64,000 bases of DNA, from positions 32,001 to 96,000 of the forward strand of contig CAVWWD010000007.1 in the NCBI GenBank assembly GCA_963758635.1, in the 5' to 3' direction. The stretch comes from an uncultured Candidatus Rokubacteria bacterium. GTDB lineage: Bacteria > Methylomirabilota > Methylomirabilia > Rokubacteriales > CSP1-6. Positions 52,866 through 63,557 of the stretch are shown in pieces (positions within the stretch are counted from its first letter, which is position 1; every line of letters begins with the position of its first letter). The position numbers were made by a program, and so were the translations under genes. The notes beneath the pieces were generated by a model. It did not search any database and was not told the DNA's origin. It worked only from the letters and a program-made list of their open reading frames with translations.

Positions 52866-53923
52866 GCGACGCCACGCCCGCCCGCGACATCGCCCAGGTC
52901 ACGAGCCGGCTCGTGCTCCCGGAGGAAGTCCAGGTCGAGCGCCAGCTCCGGCCGCAGCGCCTCGAAGAGTACGTGGGCCAGCGCGCCGCGGTCGAGAGCC
53001 TTCGCATCTCGGTGGCCGCGGCCCGCCAGCGCGGTGAGCCGCTCGACCACGTGCTCCTGTCCGGCCCGCCCGGGCTCGGGAAGACCACGCTGGCCACGAT
53101 CATGGCCAACGAGATGGGCGCGTCGCTCGTGAGCACCGCCGGCCCGTCGCTCGAGCGCGGCGCCGACCTGATGGGGATCGTCGACCGAACCTCGGCGAGC
53201 GCGACGTGCTGTTCATCGACGAGATCCATCGCCTGCCGCGGATCGTCGAGGAGCTGCTCTATCCCGCGATGGAGGACTTCTCCATCAACTTCGTGATGGA
53301 CAAGGGTCTCAACGCGCGGAGCATGAAGATCCCCCTCCGCCCGTTCACGCTCGTCGCGGCCACCACCCGGCCCGGCCTGCTCACGTCGCCGCTGCGCGAG
53401 CGCTTCGGGATCTTCCACCACCTGGACTTCTACTCGGTCGACGAGCTGATCCAGATCGTGGTGCGCTCCGCGTCGATCCTCGGCGCGGAGGTCGCGCCCG
53501 ACGGCGCGGGAGACGGTGGCGCGCCGGGCGCGGGGCACCCCGCGCATCGCGAACCGGCTGCTCCGCCGCGTGCGGGACTACGCGCAGGTGAAGGGCGATG
53601 GCATCGTGACGGCGGCGGTGGCGCGGGCCGCGCTCGACCAGGAAGGCGTGGACGAGGCCGGCCTCGACCGTCTGGACCGGCGCTTCCTCGTCGCGATCGT
53701 CGAGCACTACGGCGGCGGTCCGGTGGGGCTCGAGGCGATCGCCGCCACCATCAACGACGAGGCGGAGACGCTGGCCGAGGTCGTCGAGCCGTTCCTGCTG
53801 AAGATCGGCTATCTCGTGCGGACGCCCACCGGGCGCAAGGCCACGCCCGCCGCGTACGCGCACCTGAACCGACCGCGGCCGCCCGCGCCGAGCGGGCAGA
53901 GCGAGCTGCCGCTGTCGTCGTGA
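52862..53923 (+). CDS. ruvB: RuvB; frameshifts near 53190 and 53510
   Basis: [54 protein letters not shown]. Confidence 0.92.
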
Positions 53924-54156
53924 CGAGCCTCGTGGAGCTGGGCAAAATCCTCGTGGCTTTCGGCATCGTCATGGTACTCGTGGGGGTGGTTCTGCTCCTG
54001 TCGGGAACCCTCTCGGACAAGGTGCCATGGCTCGGACGACTGCCCGGCGACATCCACGTCAAGCGCGACGGCTGGAGCGTGTACGTCCCGCTCGGCACCT
54101 CGCTCCTGCTCTCGATCGTCCTCACGCTGGTCGTCGCCTTCTTCAGCCGGCGCTGA
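53920..54156 (+). CDS. DUF2905 membrane protein
   Basis: [20 protein letters not shown]. Confidence 0.82.
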   Translation: MTSLVELGKILVAFGIVMVLVGVVLLLSGTLSDKVPWLGRLPGDIHVKRDGWSVYVPLGTSLLLSIVLTLVVAFFSRR

Positions 54157-55265
54157 TCGTCGCGCTCGTCCTGCTCGCCGTGGCGCCGGCGGCCGCGCAG
54201 CCGGCCACGCCGGTGCGCGAGATCCGCGTGGCCGTGCTCGACGGCGTGCCCACCCTGGAGATCGGCGGCGGCCCGCTCGAGCTGCGCGACCTTGAGGGAC
54301 GGCCGCTCTCCGGCAGCGGCGCGACGTGGCTTCGGCTGGTGTTCCGGGGCAACGGCGTGGAGGTGCGGCCGAGCCGGTTCCCCGTGCAGCCGGGGCTCCG
54401 CATCACGTCGGCGCGCGGCGCGGTGCGGGTGAACGCTCGCGACTACCCGGGGACGATCGAGGTCTCGGCGACCGGCGATGGACTGCTCGTCGTCAATCAG
54501 CTCCCGTTCGAGGACTATCTCGCGGGGACGGTCCTGGCGGAGGCGGGAGAGCGGGCGCCGCTCGAGATGCTGAAGGCCCAGGCCATCGTGGCGCGCACCT
54601 ACGCGGCGTACCACTGGCGGCTCAACGCGGCCCGGCCGTTCCACATCCTGTCGAGCACGGCGAACCAGCAGTACCTCGGCACGGTGGCGCCCGCGTCGCC
54701 GGTGCGGGTGGCGGTGCGCGAGACGACGGGCCGCGTCCTCCTGTGGGACGGCGACGTGTTCCCGGCCTTCTATCACACGGACAGCGGGGGCCACACGGAG
54801 GATCCGCGGGTGGTCTTCGGCACCGGCGCGATGCCCGCGCTGGTGCCGGTCCGCGTGGAGTTCGCCACCGACTCGCCCCATCGCCTCTGGAACCTCGACC
54901 TGCCCCTCGCTGACATCTCGGCCTCGCTCCGGCGCGGCGGGGTTGCCGTCGGGCGGATCCTCGCCCTCGAGGTGCTCGAGCGGAGCGTCTCGCTGCGCGC
55001 GGCCCGCATCCTGGTCCGTGGCACGCAGGGCAGCGCCTCCCTCCGCGGCAACGAGTTCCGGCGGCTGGTGGGCTACGACACGCTCAAGAGCACGCTGTTC
55101 GCGGTGGCCATCGACGGGGACGTCGCGCGGTTCGCCGGGCGTGGCTACGGTCACGGCGTGGGCATGGACCAGGCGGCGGCCCGGGCCATGGCGCAGCAGG
55201 GCTACACGTGGGAGCAGATCCTCGCCTATTACTACCCGGGCGCGGCATTCGGCGCCATCCGCTGA
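54153..55265 (+). CDS. SpoIID/LytB domain protein (start uncertain)
   Basis: EDYLAG...[38 protein letters not shown]. Confidence 0.88.
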   Translation: MIVALVLLAVAPAAAQPATPVREIRVAVLDGVPTLEIGGGPLELRDLEGRPLSGSGATWLRLVFRGNGVEVRPSRFPVQPGLRITSARGAVRVNARDYPGTIEVSATGDGLLVVNQLPFEDYLAGTVLAEAGERAPLEMLKAQAIVARTYAAYHWRLNAARPFHILSSTANQQYLGTVAPASPVRVAVRETTGRVLLWDGDVFPAFYHTDSGGHTEDPRVVFGTGAMPALVPVRVEFATDSPHRLWNLDLPLADISASLRRGGVAVGRILALEVLERSVSLRAARILVRGTQGSASLRGNEFRRLVGYDTLKSTLFAVAIDGDVARFAGRGYGHGVGMDQAAARAMAQQGYTWEQILAYYYPGAAFGAIR

Positions 55266-55278
55266 CCACGGCCCCGCG

Positions 55279-56349
55279 ATGGCCCTGACCTGGGACGAGT
55301 TCCAGCGTGTGGACATGCGGGTGGGCGTGATCGACTACGAGCTGCCGCCTTCGTCGATCGCCCAGGAGCCGGCCACACCCCGAGACGCCTCGCGCCTGCT
55401 CGCGCTCGACCGCACGGCGGGTCGCTGGGAAGATCGGCGGTTCGTCGATCTGCCGGAGCTGCTCCGCCCCGGTGACTGCCTCGTCCTGAACACCACTCGC
55501 GTGATTCCCGCGCGGCTCCTGGGCGACAGCGTGCCCGGTGGCCGGCCGGTGGAGCTGCTGCTCCTGCGCGCGCTCTCGCCCGTGCGGTGGGAGGCCCTGG
55601 TCCGCCCCGGGCGCCGCTGCCGGGCCGGCGCGCGCGTCGCGCTCGCCGGTGGCGCGGCCGTCGCGACGATCGTGGCCGAGCGGCCGGGCGGCGCCCGCGA
55701 GGTGGAGCTGGAGGCGCCGTGGCCGGTGGCCGAGCTGCTCGCGCGTCACGGGCTCCCGCCGCTGCCGCCCTACATCGAGCGCCATCGCGCGCCGAAGCCG
55801 GACGACGCCGAGCGGTACCAGACCGTGTACGCGCGCGAGGGTGTGTCGGTGGCCGCGCCCACGGCGGGGCTCCACTTCACGCCCGAGCTTCTGGCCCGGC
55901 TGGCCGCGCGCGGGGTGGAGACGCACGACCTCCGCCTGGACGTGGGACCGGGCACCTTCCGGCCCATCGTCGCCTCCGCCCCCGAGCAGCACGCGATGGA
56001 GGCCGAGCCCGCGTGGATCCCTGCCGGCACCGCCGAGGCCATCGCGCGCGCGAAGACCCAGGGCCGGCGCGTCGTCGCGGTGGGCACCACCACCACGCGG
56101 GCGCTGGAGTCCGCGGCGGTGGACGGCGGCGTGCGCGCGGGAGCGGGGGAGGCCGGGCTCTTCATCCGACCGCCGCATCACTTCCGGGTCGTGGACGCGC
56201 TCCTCACCAACTTCCACCTGCCGCGGACCACGCTGCTCCTGCTCGTCTGCGCCTTCGCGGGACGCGAGCTCGTCCTCGACGCGTACACGCACGCGGTGGC
56301 CGCGGGCTATCGCTTCTACTCGTTCGGCGACGCGATGCTCCTGACCTGA
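55279..56349 (+). CDS. queA: S-adenosylmethionine:tRNA ribosyltransferase-isomerase with an atypical N-terminus
   Basis: DYELP..IAQEP, RDASRLL, PLPPYI, YQTVYA, AAPTAGLHFT, TNFHLPRTTL, YRFYSFGDAM. Confidence 0.93.
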   Translation: MALTWDEFQRVDMRVGVIDYELPPSSIAQEPATPRDASRLLALDRTAGRWEDRRFVDLPELLRPGDCLVLNTTRVIPARLLGDSVPGGRPVELLLLRALSPVRWEALVRPGRRCRAGARVALAGGAAVATIVAERPGGAREVELEAPWPVAELLARHGLPPLPPYIERHRAPKPDDAERYQTVYAREGVSVAAPTAGLHFTPELLARLAARGVETHDLRLDVGPGTFRPIVASAPEQHAMEAEPAWIPAGTAEAIARAKTQGRRVVAVGTTTTRALESAAVDGGVRAGAGEAGLFIRPPHHFRVVDALLTNFHLPRTTLLLLVCAFAGRELVLDAYTHAVAAGYRFYSFGDAMLLT

Positions 56350-56508
56350 TGACCCCCGCAGAATGCGGTAACCGCCACGGGCCGCTACCGTCCCACCGCT
56401 CGGCGCTAATGACCCGCGCAGAATACAGTAACCGCCACGGGCCTCTACAATCCCACCGCTCGGCATTCGTCTGATGCGCGGGGCTCGGTAGTCTGATGCG
56501 CGGGGCTC
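56349..56508 (+). repeat. Intergenic direct repeats: 2 x 60 bp then 2 x 18 bp (period 22)
   Basis: 56349-56408 matches 56409-56464; gtctgatgcgcggggctc at 56469 and 56491. Confidence 0.9.
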
Positions 56509-56513
56509 ACTAG

Positions 56514-57653
56514 ATGGCGATCTGGTTCGAGCTCGACGCCACGGACGGGACGGCGCGCCGGGGACGCATCGTCACCGCGCGCGGGGTGGTGGACACGCCC
56601 GCCTTCATGCCCGTCGCCACGCAGGGCACCGTCAAGAGCCTCGTGCCCGCGGACCTGCGCGCGGCGGGGGCCCAGATCGTGCTCGCCAACAGCTACCACC
56701 TCTATCTCCGGCCGGGCCACGAGCTGGTGCGCGAGCTGGGGGGCCTGCACCGCTTCATGGCGTGGGACGGGCCGATCCTGACCGACTCGGGAGGCTTCCA
56801 GGTGTGGAGCCTGTCCAAGCTCCGCACCGTGCGCGAGGAAGGCGTGGAGTTTCGCTCGCACGTGGACGGCTCGCTCCACTTCCTGTCCCCGGAGTCCTCG
56901 GTCGAGATCCAGCGGGCCCTCGGCGTGGACATCATGCATCCGCTCGACGAGTGCCTGGAGCACCCCGCCACCGAGGCCGCCACGGAACGCTCGCTCGCCC
57001 TGACCCTCCGGTGGCTGGCGCGGGCGCGGAAGGCCCAGGGCGAGAGCCCGGACGGCCCGGCGCTGTTCGGCATCGTGCAGGGCGGGGTCCACGAGCGGCT
57101 ACGCCGGCGGGCCGCGGAGGAGACGGTGGCGCTCGGCTGCGCCGGCTACTCCATCGGCGGCCTCGCGGTCGGGGAGTCGCGCGCGCTCATGTACGAGACG
57201 GCCGAGCTGGTTGCCGGCCTCCTGCCCGCCGCTCAGCCGCGCTACCTGATGGGCGTGGGCAAGCCCGGCGACCTCGTGGAGGCGGTGGCGCGCGGCGTCG
57301 ACATGTTCGACTGCGCCATGCCCACGCGGAACGCGCGCAACGGGCAGGTCTTCACGCCCGACGGTCCGCTCACGATCAGCCAGGCGCGATTCCGGCGCGA
57401 CCCCGGACCGATCGACCCGGCGTGCCCCTGCGAGGCGTGTCGCCTCTTCTCGCGGGCGTACCTCCGGCACCTGTTCACGTCGCGCGAGCTCACCGCGTAC
57501 CGGCTCCTCACCGTCCACAACGTCACCTTCTACCTGGGGCTCATGGCGCAGATGCGCGCGGCCATCGCGGGCGGCGCGTTCGGCGTGTTCCGGGCGCGCT
57601 TCCGGGATCGCTACGGCGCCGGCGCCGAGCCCGAGCCGCCCGCGGCCGAGTAG
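56514..57653 (+). CDS. tgt: tRNA-guanine transglycosylase
   Basis: TPAFMPVAT, TDSGGFQV, GIVQGG, RYLMGVG, DMFDC, CPCEAC, HN. Confidence 0.95.
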   Translation: MAIWFELDATDGTARRGRIVTARGVVDTPAFMPVATQGTVKSLVPADLRAAGAQIVLANSYHLYLRPGHELVRELGGLHRFMAWDGPILTDSGGFQVWSLSKLRTVREEGVEFRSHVDGSLHFLSPESSVEIQRALGVDIMHPLDECLEHPATEAATERSLALTLRWLARARKAQGESPDGPALFGIVQGGVHERLRRRAAEETVALGCAGYSIGGLAVGESRALMYETAELVAGLLPAAQPRYLMGVGKPGDLVEAVARGVDMFDCAMPTRNARNGQVFTPDGPLTISQARFRRDPGPIDPACPCEACRLFSRAYLRHLFTSRELTAYRLLTVHNVTFYLGLMAQMRAAIAGGAFGVFRARFRDRYGAGAEPEPPAAE

Positions 57654-57777
57654 CGCGTAGCGCGCCGGCTCGGGCCGGCGGAACGAGGTCTGATCGTCGT
57701 TGGTCCCCCGAAGCACGTGGGGTACAATGCGACCCCGATGCCGCACCGACGAAGGCTCGAAATGCGCGTGACGATCC

Positions 57778-58113
57778 ATGGTTGAGCTCGCTTACGCGGC
57801 CGCGCAGTCCCCCGGCGGCTCGGGGTCCGGGCTCTCGCAGCAGCTCTCGTTCCTGCCGTTCCTCGCCGCGATGATCGCGATCTTCTATTTCCTCGTCATC
57901 CGTCCGCAGCAGAAGCAGCGGCGGGAGCGCGAGGCGCTGCTGCGCGCGGTGAAGCGCGGGGATCGTGTCGTCACCACGGGCGGCCTCCACGGGACGGTGG
58001 CGGGCCTCGACGAGCACACGGTGACGCTCCGGGTGGGGGACCAGTCCAAGCTCGTGTTCGACCGCGGGGCCATCGGGCGCATCGTCCCCGCGGCGGGGGA
58101 GAAGGATACCTGA
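57778..58113 (+). CDS. yajC: Preprotein translocase subunit YajC
   Basis: FYFLVIRPQQKQ, GDRVVTTGGLHG. Confidence 0.95.
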   Translation: MVELAYAAAQSPGGSGSGLSQQLSFLPFLAAMIAIFYFLVIRPQQKQRREREALLRAVKRGDRVVTTGGLHGTVAGLDEHTVTLRVGDQSKLVFDRGAIGRIVPAAGEKDT

Positions 58114-59726
58114 TGCGCCAGAACCTGCCCCTGCGCATCGCGGTCGTGGCCGTGGTGATCATCGCGTCCCTCGTGTACCTCTACCCGCCCCCCGGCGTGC
58201 GTGAGCTCCTGTATCCGCAGCGTGGCGCGCCCGCGGTGCCCGGCATCCTGCCGCGGACGCTCAACCTGGGCCTGGACCTGCAGGGCGGCATCCATCTGGT
58301 GCTCGGCGTGGACCTGGACAAGGCCCTCGAGGCGCAGGTGGAGCGCGCGGCGACCACCGTCCGGGCCGCCCTGGACAAGAAGGGCATCGCCGCGGCGAAG
58401 ATCGAGCGCCGTGGCAGCACGGAGCTGGTCGTCACGCTCGCCTCGCCCCAGACGTGGAGCGCGGCCCAGACCGTGTTCGCCGAGGTCGCCCAGTTCGAGG
58501 TCAAGGAGGCGGACCAGGCGGCGGGGCGAGCCGTCCTCGCCCTCCGCCCGCGCGAGGCGTCGACGCTGCGCGAGCTGGCGGTCCGGCAGGCGCTGGAGAC
58601 GATCAGGAACCGCATCGACCAGTTCGGCGTCGCCGAGCCGTCGATCCAGCAACAGGGGGACAACCGCATCCTGGTGCAGCTGCCCGGCGTCCAGGATCCC
58701 GACCGCGCCAAGGCCCTCATCGGCAAGACCGCGCTCCTCGAGTTCAAGCTCGTGGTCGAGGGCGCGGACATCGATCGCGCGGTCGCCCAGGGCGCGCCGG
58801 AGGGCCAGGAGGTCCTCAACCAGCGCCGGATCGACAAGCAGACCCGGCAGGAGACGCGTGTCCCGTTCGTGGTCGACAAGAAGACGCGCCTCACCGGCGC
58901 CGACCTCGCGACGGCCCGCGTGTCGATCGACCAGAACACCAGCGAGCCCTACGTGTCGGTGGAGCTGAACGCCGCCGGCGCCAAGGCCTTCGCGGAGCTG
59001 TCCGAGGCCAACGTCGGGCGGCGGCTCGCCATCGTCCTGGACGGCAACATCCACTCCGCGCCGGTGATCCGGGAGCGCATCCCGTCGGGCCAGGCGCAGA
59101 TCACCGGCGGCTTCACGAGCGAGGAAGCCACCGACCTCGCCATCGTGTTGCGCGCGGGCGCGCTCCCCGCGCCGGTGCAGGTGCTGGAGGAGCGCACGGT
59201 GGGCCCGTCGCTCGGCCGCGACTCGATCCGCCAGGGCGTCGTCGCCATCCTGGCCTCGACCGCCCTCGTCGCGTTGTTCATGCTGGTCTACTATCGGCTC
59301 TCCGGCCTCATCGCCAACGTCGCGCTGGGCCTGAACCTGCTCATCCTGCTCGCGGTGATGGCCGCGTTTTCCGCGACGTTGACGCTGCCGGGGATCGCGG
59401 GCATCGCGCTCACCGTGGGCATGGCGGTGGACACCAACATTCTCATCTTCGAGCGCATCCGCGAGGAATTGCGGAGCGGCAAGACGGTGCGGGTGGCCAT
59501 CGGCGCGGGGTTCTCGCGCGCGTTCAAGACCGTCGTCGACACCCACGTCACCGTGCTCGTCTCGGGGCTCATCCTCTTCCAGTTCGGCACCGGGCCGGTC
59601 AAGGGCTTCGCCGTCTCCCTCATGATCGGCATCGCGGCGAGCCTGTTCACCGCGGTCTTCTTCACCCGGCTCCTCTTCGACCTCGTGTACTTGGGGTCGC
59701 GGCGGGTCGAGTCGATCTCCATCTAA
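58113..59726 (+). CDS. secD: Protein translocase subunit SecD
   Basis: LGLDLQGG, RIDQFGVAEP, VGPSLG, TLPGIAG, VDTNILIFERIREE. Confidence 0.96.
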   Translation: MRQNLPLRIAVVAVVIIASLVYLYPPPGVRELLYPQRGAPAVPGILPRTLNLGLDLQGGIHLVLGVDLDKALEAQVERAATTVRAALDKKGIAAAKIERRGSTELVVTLASPQTWSAAQTVFAEVAQFEVKEADQAAGRAVLALRPREASTLRELAVRQALETIRNRIDQFGVAEPSIQQQGDNRILVQLPGVQDPDRAKALIGKTALLEFKLVVEGADIDRAVAQGAPEGQEVLNQRRIDKQTRQETRVPFVVDKKTRLTGADLATARVSIDQNTSEPYVSVELNAAGAKAFAELSEANVGRRLAIVLDGNIHSAPVIRERIPSGQAQITGGFTSEEATDLAIVLRAGALPAPVQVLEERTVGPSLGRDSIRQGVVAILASTALVALFMLVYYRLSGLIANVALGLNLLILLAVMAAFSATLTLPGIAGIALTVGMAVDTNILIFERIREELRSGKTVRVAIGAGFSRAFKTVVDTHVTVLVSGLILFQFGTGPVKGFAVSLMIGIAASLFTAVFFTRLLFDLVYLGSRRVESISI

Positions 59727-59733
59727 GGCTCCC

Positions 59734-60669
59734 ATGCTCCAGGTCTTCCGCGATCCCCAGTACGACTTCATCGGGCGCCGCCGCTGGGCGTATCTGCTGT
59801 CCATCGCCTTCATCTTGCTGGGCGTGGGGTCGATGGTGGCCAAGGGCGGGCTCCGCTACGGCATCGACTTCTCCGGGGGCACGCTCATCCAGATCCGTTT
59901 CGAGCAGCCGGTGCCGGTGGACCGCATCCGCGCGAGCCTCGAGCGGATCAAGATGGGCGAGAGCGTCATCCAGGAGTTCGGTGACCCGCGGGAGTTCATC
60001 CTCCGGCTGCCGCTGCTGGAGACCTCGGCGGAGGCGGTCACGCGGCAGGTGCAGGGGGCGCTGGCCCAGGCCGGGCTCGGCAACGCGGAGATCCGACGGG
60101 TCGAGTTCGTGGGCCCGCAAGTGGGCCGGGACCTCCAGGTCCAGGCCATCTACGCCACGCTCTGGAGCATGATCGGCATCCTCATCTACATCGCCATCCG
60201 CTTCGACCTGAAGGGCGGGCTGGCGTCGCTCGCCGCCATCGTCCACGACGTCCTCGTCTGCCTGAGCGCCATGTCGCTCACGAACCGCGAGATGTCGCTC
60301 CCCGTCCTCGCCGCGCTCTTGACCATCATCGGGTACTCGGTCAACGACACCATCGTGGCCTACGACCGGGTGCGGGAGAACCGCGGGAAGGGGGCCCGGA
60401 GGGGACAGACCTTCGAGAACCAGATCAACACCGCGATCAACCAGACCCTGTCCCGGACCGTCCTCACCGCGTTGACGGTCTTCTTCTCCACCGCCGTGCT
60501 GTACCTGTTCGGCGGCAAGGTGCTGGAAGACCTGGCGTTCGTCCTCACGGTGGGGGTGATCACGGGCACGTTCTCGACCATCTACATCGCCGGGTCCCTC
60601 ATCGTGGAGTGGACCAACTGGATGGAGCGCCGGACCGGCCGCGCCAAGAAAGTGATGGCTAAGGCCTGA
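59734..60669 (+). CDS. secF: Protein translocase subunit SecF
   Basis: GIDFSGG, VGPQVG, HDV, GYSVNDTIV.DRVREN, QTLSRT. Confidence 0.96.
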   Translation: MLQVFRDPQYDFIGRRRWAYLLSIAFILLGVGSMVAKGGLRYGIDFSGGTLIQIRFEQPVPVDRIRASLERIKMGESVIQEFGDPREFILRLPLLETSAEAVTRQVQGALAQAGLGNAEIRRVEFVGPQVGRDLQVQAIYATLWSMIGILIYIAIRFDLKGGLASLAAIVHDVLVCLSAMSLTNREMSLPVLAALLTIIGYSVNDTIVAYDRVRENRGKGARRGQTFENQINTAINQTLSRTVLTALTVFFSTAVLYLFGGKVLEDLAFVLTVGVITGTFSTIYIAGSLIVEWTNWMERRTGRAKKVMAKA

Positions 60670-60713
60670 CCCGGGTGGCAGAATCAGAGGTCAACCCATA
60701 GAGGACGAGAGGG

Positions 60714-62861
60714 TTGACCCAGCTCCAGACCCTGATCGACGAGATCCCGAAGTACCAGCCGGGCGCGGACCTGGTCGTGCTGGAGCGCGCCTACCGCTAC
60801 TCCGAGCGCTCCCACCAGGGCCAGCAGCGCGCCTCCGGCGAGCCGTACCTGTCGCATCCCCTCGAAGTGGCCGGGCTCCTCGTGGACTTCAAGATGGACG
60901 TCACCACCGTGACCGCCGGGCTCCTGCACGACGTGCTCGAGGACACCAGCGCGACGAAGGCGGACCTGGAGCAGGAGTTCGGGCGCGAGATCGCCGAGCT
61001 CGTGGACGGGGTCACGAAGATCGGCAAGCTCGCCTTCTCCTCCCGCGAGGAGCGGCAGGCCGAGAACTTCCGCAAGATGGTGGTGGCCATGGCCCGCGAC
61101 CTGCGGGTCCTGATGATCAAGCTCGCCGACCGTCTCCACAACATGCGGACGCTCGACTACCTGCCGCCGGACAAGGCGAAGAAGATCTCCACGGAGACGC
61201 TCGAGATCTACGCGCCGCTCGCGCATCGCCTGGGCATGGCCAAGGTCAAGGCCGAGCTCGAGGACCTCGCGCTGCGCACGCTCAGCCCGGAGGACTACCA
61301 GACGCTGATGCGGCGGGTGGCCAAGCGGCGTCTCGAGCGCGAGAACGAGATCAACCAGCTCATCGCGATGCTGCACGGCAAGCTCGCGGAGGTGGGCATC
61401 GAGGCGCGCACGAGCGGGCGGCCCAAGCACTTCTACTCCATCTGGAAGAAGATGCACGAGGGCGGCCGCGAGTTCGACGAGATCTACGACCTCACCGCGG
61501 TGCGGGTGATCGTCAAGACCGTCCGCGACTGCTACGGCGCCCTCGGCGTCATCCACTCCCTGTGGAAGCCCGTGCCCGGCCGCTTCAAGGACTTCATCGC
61601 GATGCCGAAGGTGAACATGTACCAGTCCCTGCACACCACGGTGATCGGCCCCAAGGGCGACCCCGTCGAGGTGCAGATCCGGACCATGGACATGCATCGC
61701 ATCGCCGAGGACGGCATCGCCGCCCACTGGCTCTACAAGGAGCGCAAGAGCGACCGCGACCGGTTCGACGACGCCTTCACGTGGCTCCGCCAGCTCATGG
61801 AGTCGCAGAACGAGGTGAAGGACCCGCAGGAGTTCCTGGACTCCGTCCGCGTGGACCTGTTCCCCGACGAGGTGTACGTGTTCACCCCCAAGGGCGACGT
61901 GAAGTCGCTCCCCGAGGGCGCGACGCCGATCGACTTCGCGTACACCGTGCACACCGACGTGGGCCACCACTGCGTGGGCGCCAAGGTGAACGGCAAGCTC
62001 GTGCCGCTGCGCTACACGCTCCAGCAGGGCGACATCGTCGAGGTCGTCACGTCGCCGGCCCAGCACCCGAGCCGGGACTGGCTCAAGATCGTCAAGTCCA
62101 ATCGCTCCCGCGCCAAGATCAACCAGTGGCTCAAGGTCGAGGAGCGGGCGCGCTCCCTCACCCTCGGCCAGGAGCTGTTCGAGCGCGAGGCGAAGAAGTA
62201 CCGGCTGTCGCCGGGCACGCTGCTCGCCTCGGACGAGATGAAGCGCGTGGTCACGGACCTGGGCTTCCCGTCCACCGACGACCTGCTCGCCTCGATGGGC
62301 TACGGCAAGACCTCGGTGCAGCAGGTGCTCGGCAAGCTCGCCCCCGCCGCCGTCCACGACGTGGACCGGGACGCCCGGGTGGCCAGGCCGGCGCCCCGCC
62401 GCCCCGAGGGCGCGGTGCGGATCCGCGGCGTGGACGACCTCCTCGTGCGCTTCGGCAAGTGCTGCGCGCCCGTGCCCGGCGACGGCATCGTGGGCTTCAT
62501 CACCCGGGGTCGCGGCCTCACCGTGCACGCGCGCGACTGCCTGACCGTGGCCAAGGGCGTGCTCGAGAAGGAGCGCCTGGTCGCGGTGGAGTGGGACGGC
62601 GCCGAGGAGCCGGCCAAGCGGCCGGTCAGGATCGCCGTGTACATCGGCCGGGACCGGCCCGGGCTCCTCGCCGAGATCACCACCGCGATCTCCTCGCGGC
62701 AGGGCAACATCACGAAGGCCGACATCACGGTGACCGAGGACCGGAAGGGCATCAACCACTTCGTGGTGGAGGTGGGCGACCTCCGGCAGCTGCAGGACAT
62801 CATGCAGGCCATCCGCGAGGTCCGCGACGTCATCAACGTCGAGCGCGTCCGCGGCCTCTGA
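60714..62861 (+). CDS. rel: Bifunctional (p)ppGpp synthetase/hydrolase (long RSH)
   Basis: LLHDVLED, KLADRLHNMRTL, RPKHFYSI, YQSLHT, TGS and ACT domains. Confidence 0.95.
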   Translation: MTQLQTLIDEIPKYQPGADLVVLERAYRYSERSHQGQQRASGEPYLSHPLEVAGLLVDFKMDVTTVTAGLLHDVLEDTSATKADLEQEFGREIAELVDGVTKIGKLAFSSREERQAENFRKMVVAMARDLRVLMIKLADRLHNMRTLDYLPPDKAKKISTETLEIYAPLAHRLGMAKVKAELEDLALRTLSPEDYQTLMRRVAKRRLERENEINQLIAMLHGKLAEVGIEARTSGRPKHFYSIWKKMHEGGREFDEIYDLTAVRVIVKTVRDCYGALGVIHSLWKPVPGRFKDFIAMPKVNMYQSLHTTVIGPKGDPVEVQIRTMDMHRIAEDGIAAHWLYKERKSDRDRFDDAFTWLRQLMESQNEVKDPQEFLDSVRVDLFPDEVYVFTPKGDVKSLPEGATPIDFAYTVHTDVGHHCVGAKVNGKLVPLRYTLQQGDIVEVVTSPAQHPSRDWLKIVKSNRSRAKINQWLKVEERARSLTLGQELFEREAKKYRLSPGTLLASDEMKRVVTDLGFPSTDDLLASMGYGKTSVQQVLGKLAPAAVHDVDRDARVARPAPRRPEGAVRIRGVDDLLVRFGKCCAPVPGDGIVGFITRGRGLTVHARDCLTVAKGVLEKERLVAVEWDGAEEPAKRPVRIAVYIGRDRPGLLAEITTAISSRQGNITKADITVTEDRKGINHFVVEVGDLRQLQDIMQAIREVRDVINVERVRGL

Positions 62862-62881
62862 CCGGGGCGGCCGCGCGCCCC

Positions 62882-63253
62882 ATGAATCGCGACGCGTTCG
62901 AGGCTCTGGTCGAATCAGCCCTGCGGCAGCTTCCGCGGCGCTTCAAGGACAGGCTCGCCAACGTCGCGGTGGTCGTCGAGGAGTGGCCCGACGACAACAC
63001 GCTGCAGGAGATGGGGATCGAGCCTCCGGACACGCTCTACGGCCTCTACCGTGGCGTCGATCTCACCCACCGGGACTCCGGGTACGGCAACGTCCTGCCC
63101 GACACGATCCACATCTACCAGGGCCCGATCGAGGAAGACTGCGAGGACGTCGAGGAGATGGCGGACCTGGTGCGGGACGTGGTCATCCACGAGATCGGGC
63201 ACTACTTCGGGCTGGACGACGAGACGATGGAGCAGATCGAGGAGGAGGAGTAG
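62882..63253 (+). CDS. Zincin-like metallopeptidase family protein
   Basis: LYGLYRGV, LPDTIHIYQ, VVIHEIGHYFG. Confidence 0.85.
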   Translation: MNRDAFEALVESALRQLPRRFKDRLANVAVVVEEWPDDNTLQEMGIEPPDTLYGLYRGVDLTHRDSGYGNVLPDTIHIYQGPIEEDCEDVEEMADLVRDVVIHEIGHYFGLDDETMEQIEEEE

Positions 63254-63301
63254 CCTCTTCCGCGCTGGCCCGGGCAGGGCCGGCCCCGGGGGAGGAAGGC
63301 G

Positions 63302-63469
63302 GTGGCGCATCGGGCGAGGGGGGGAGGGCGGAGGCGTGCGCGCGTCGTCGTGCCGCTGGTAGCTCTGTCGCTGGCCCTGCTGTCGAGCCCTCTCGCGGCG
63401 GGCGCGGCACAGCTGGAGCTGAGCTGGGCCGACAACTCGGATAACGAGGCGGCCTTCTCCAGCGGGTGA
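63302..63469 (+). pseudogene. Truncated secreted FN3-like protein remnant (55 aa)
   Basis: SD GGAGG; signal peptide ..LALLSSPLAAGA, then AQLELSWADNSDNEAAF and an early stop. Confidence 0.45.
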
Positions 63470-63557
63470 GCACCGGGAGCGCGCCGGCGCCTTCGCCGAC
63501 GACTCGCCATCGCAGCCGGGCCAGGCGCACGACCAACATCGACAGGGAGGTCTCGTC

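Noticed and set aside
52211..54156. Apparent RuvA-RuvB and RuvB-DUF2905 fusions
   Set aside because: Frameshift artifacts
56349..56508. Possible CRISPR array
   Set aside because: Only two contiguous units, no unique spacers and no cas genes
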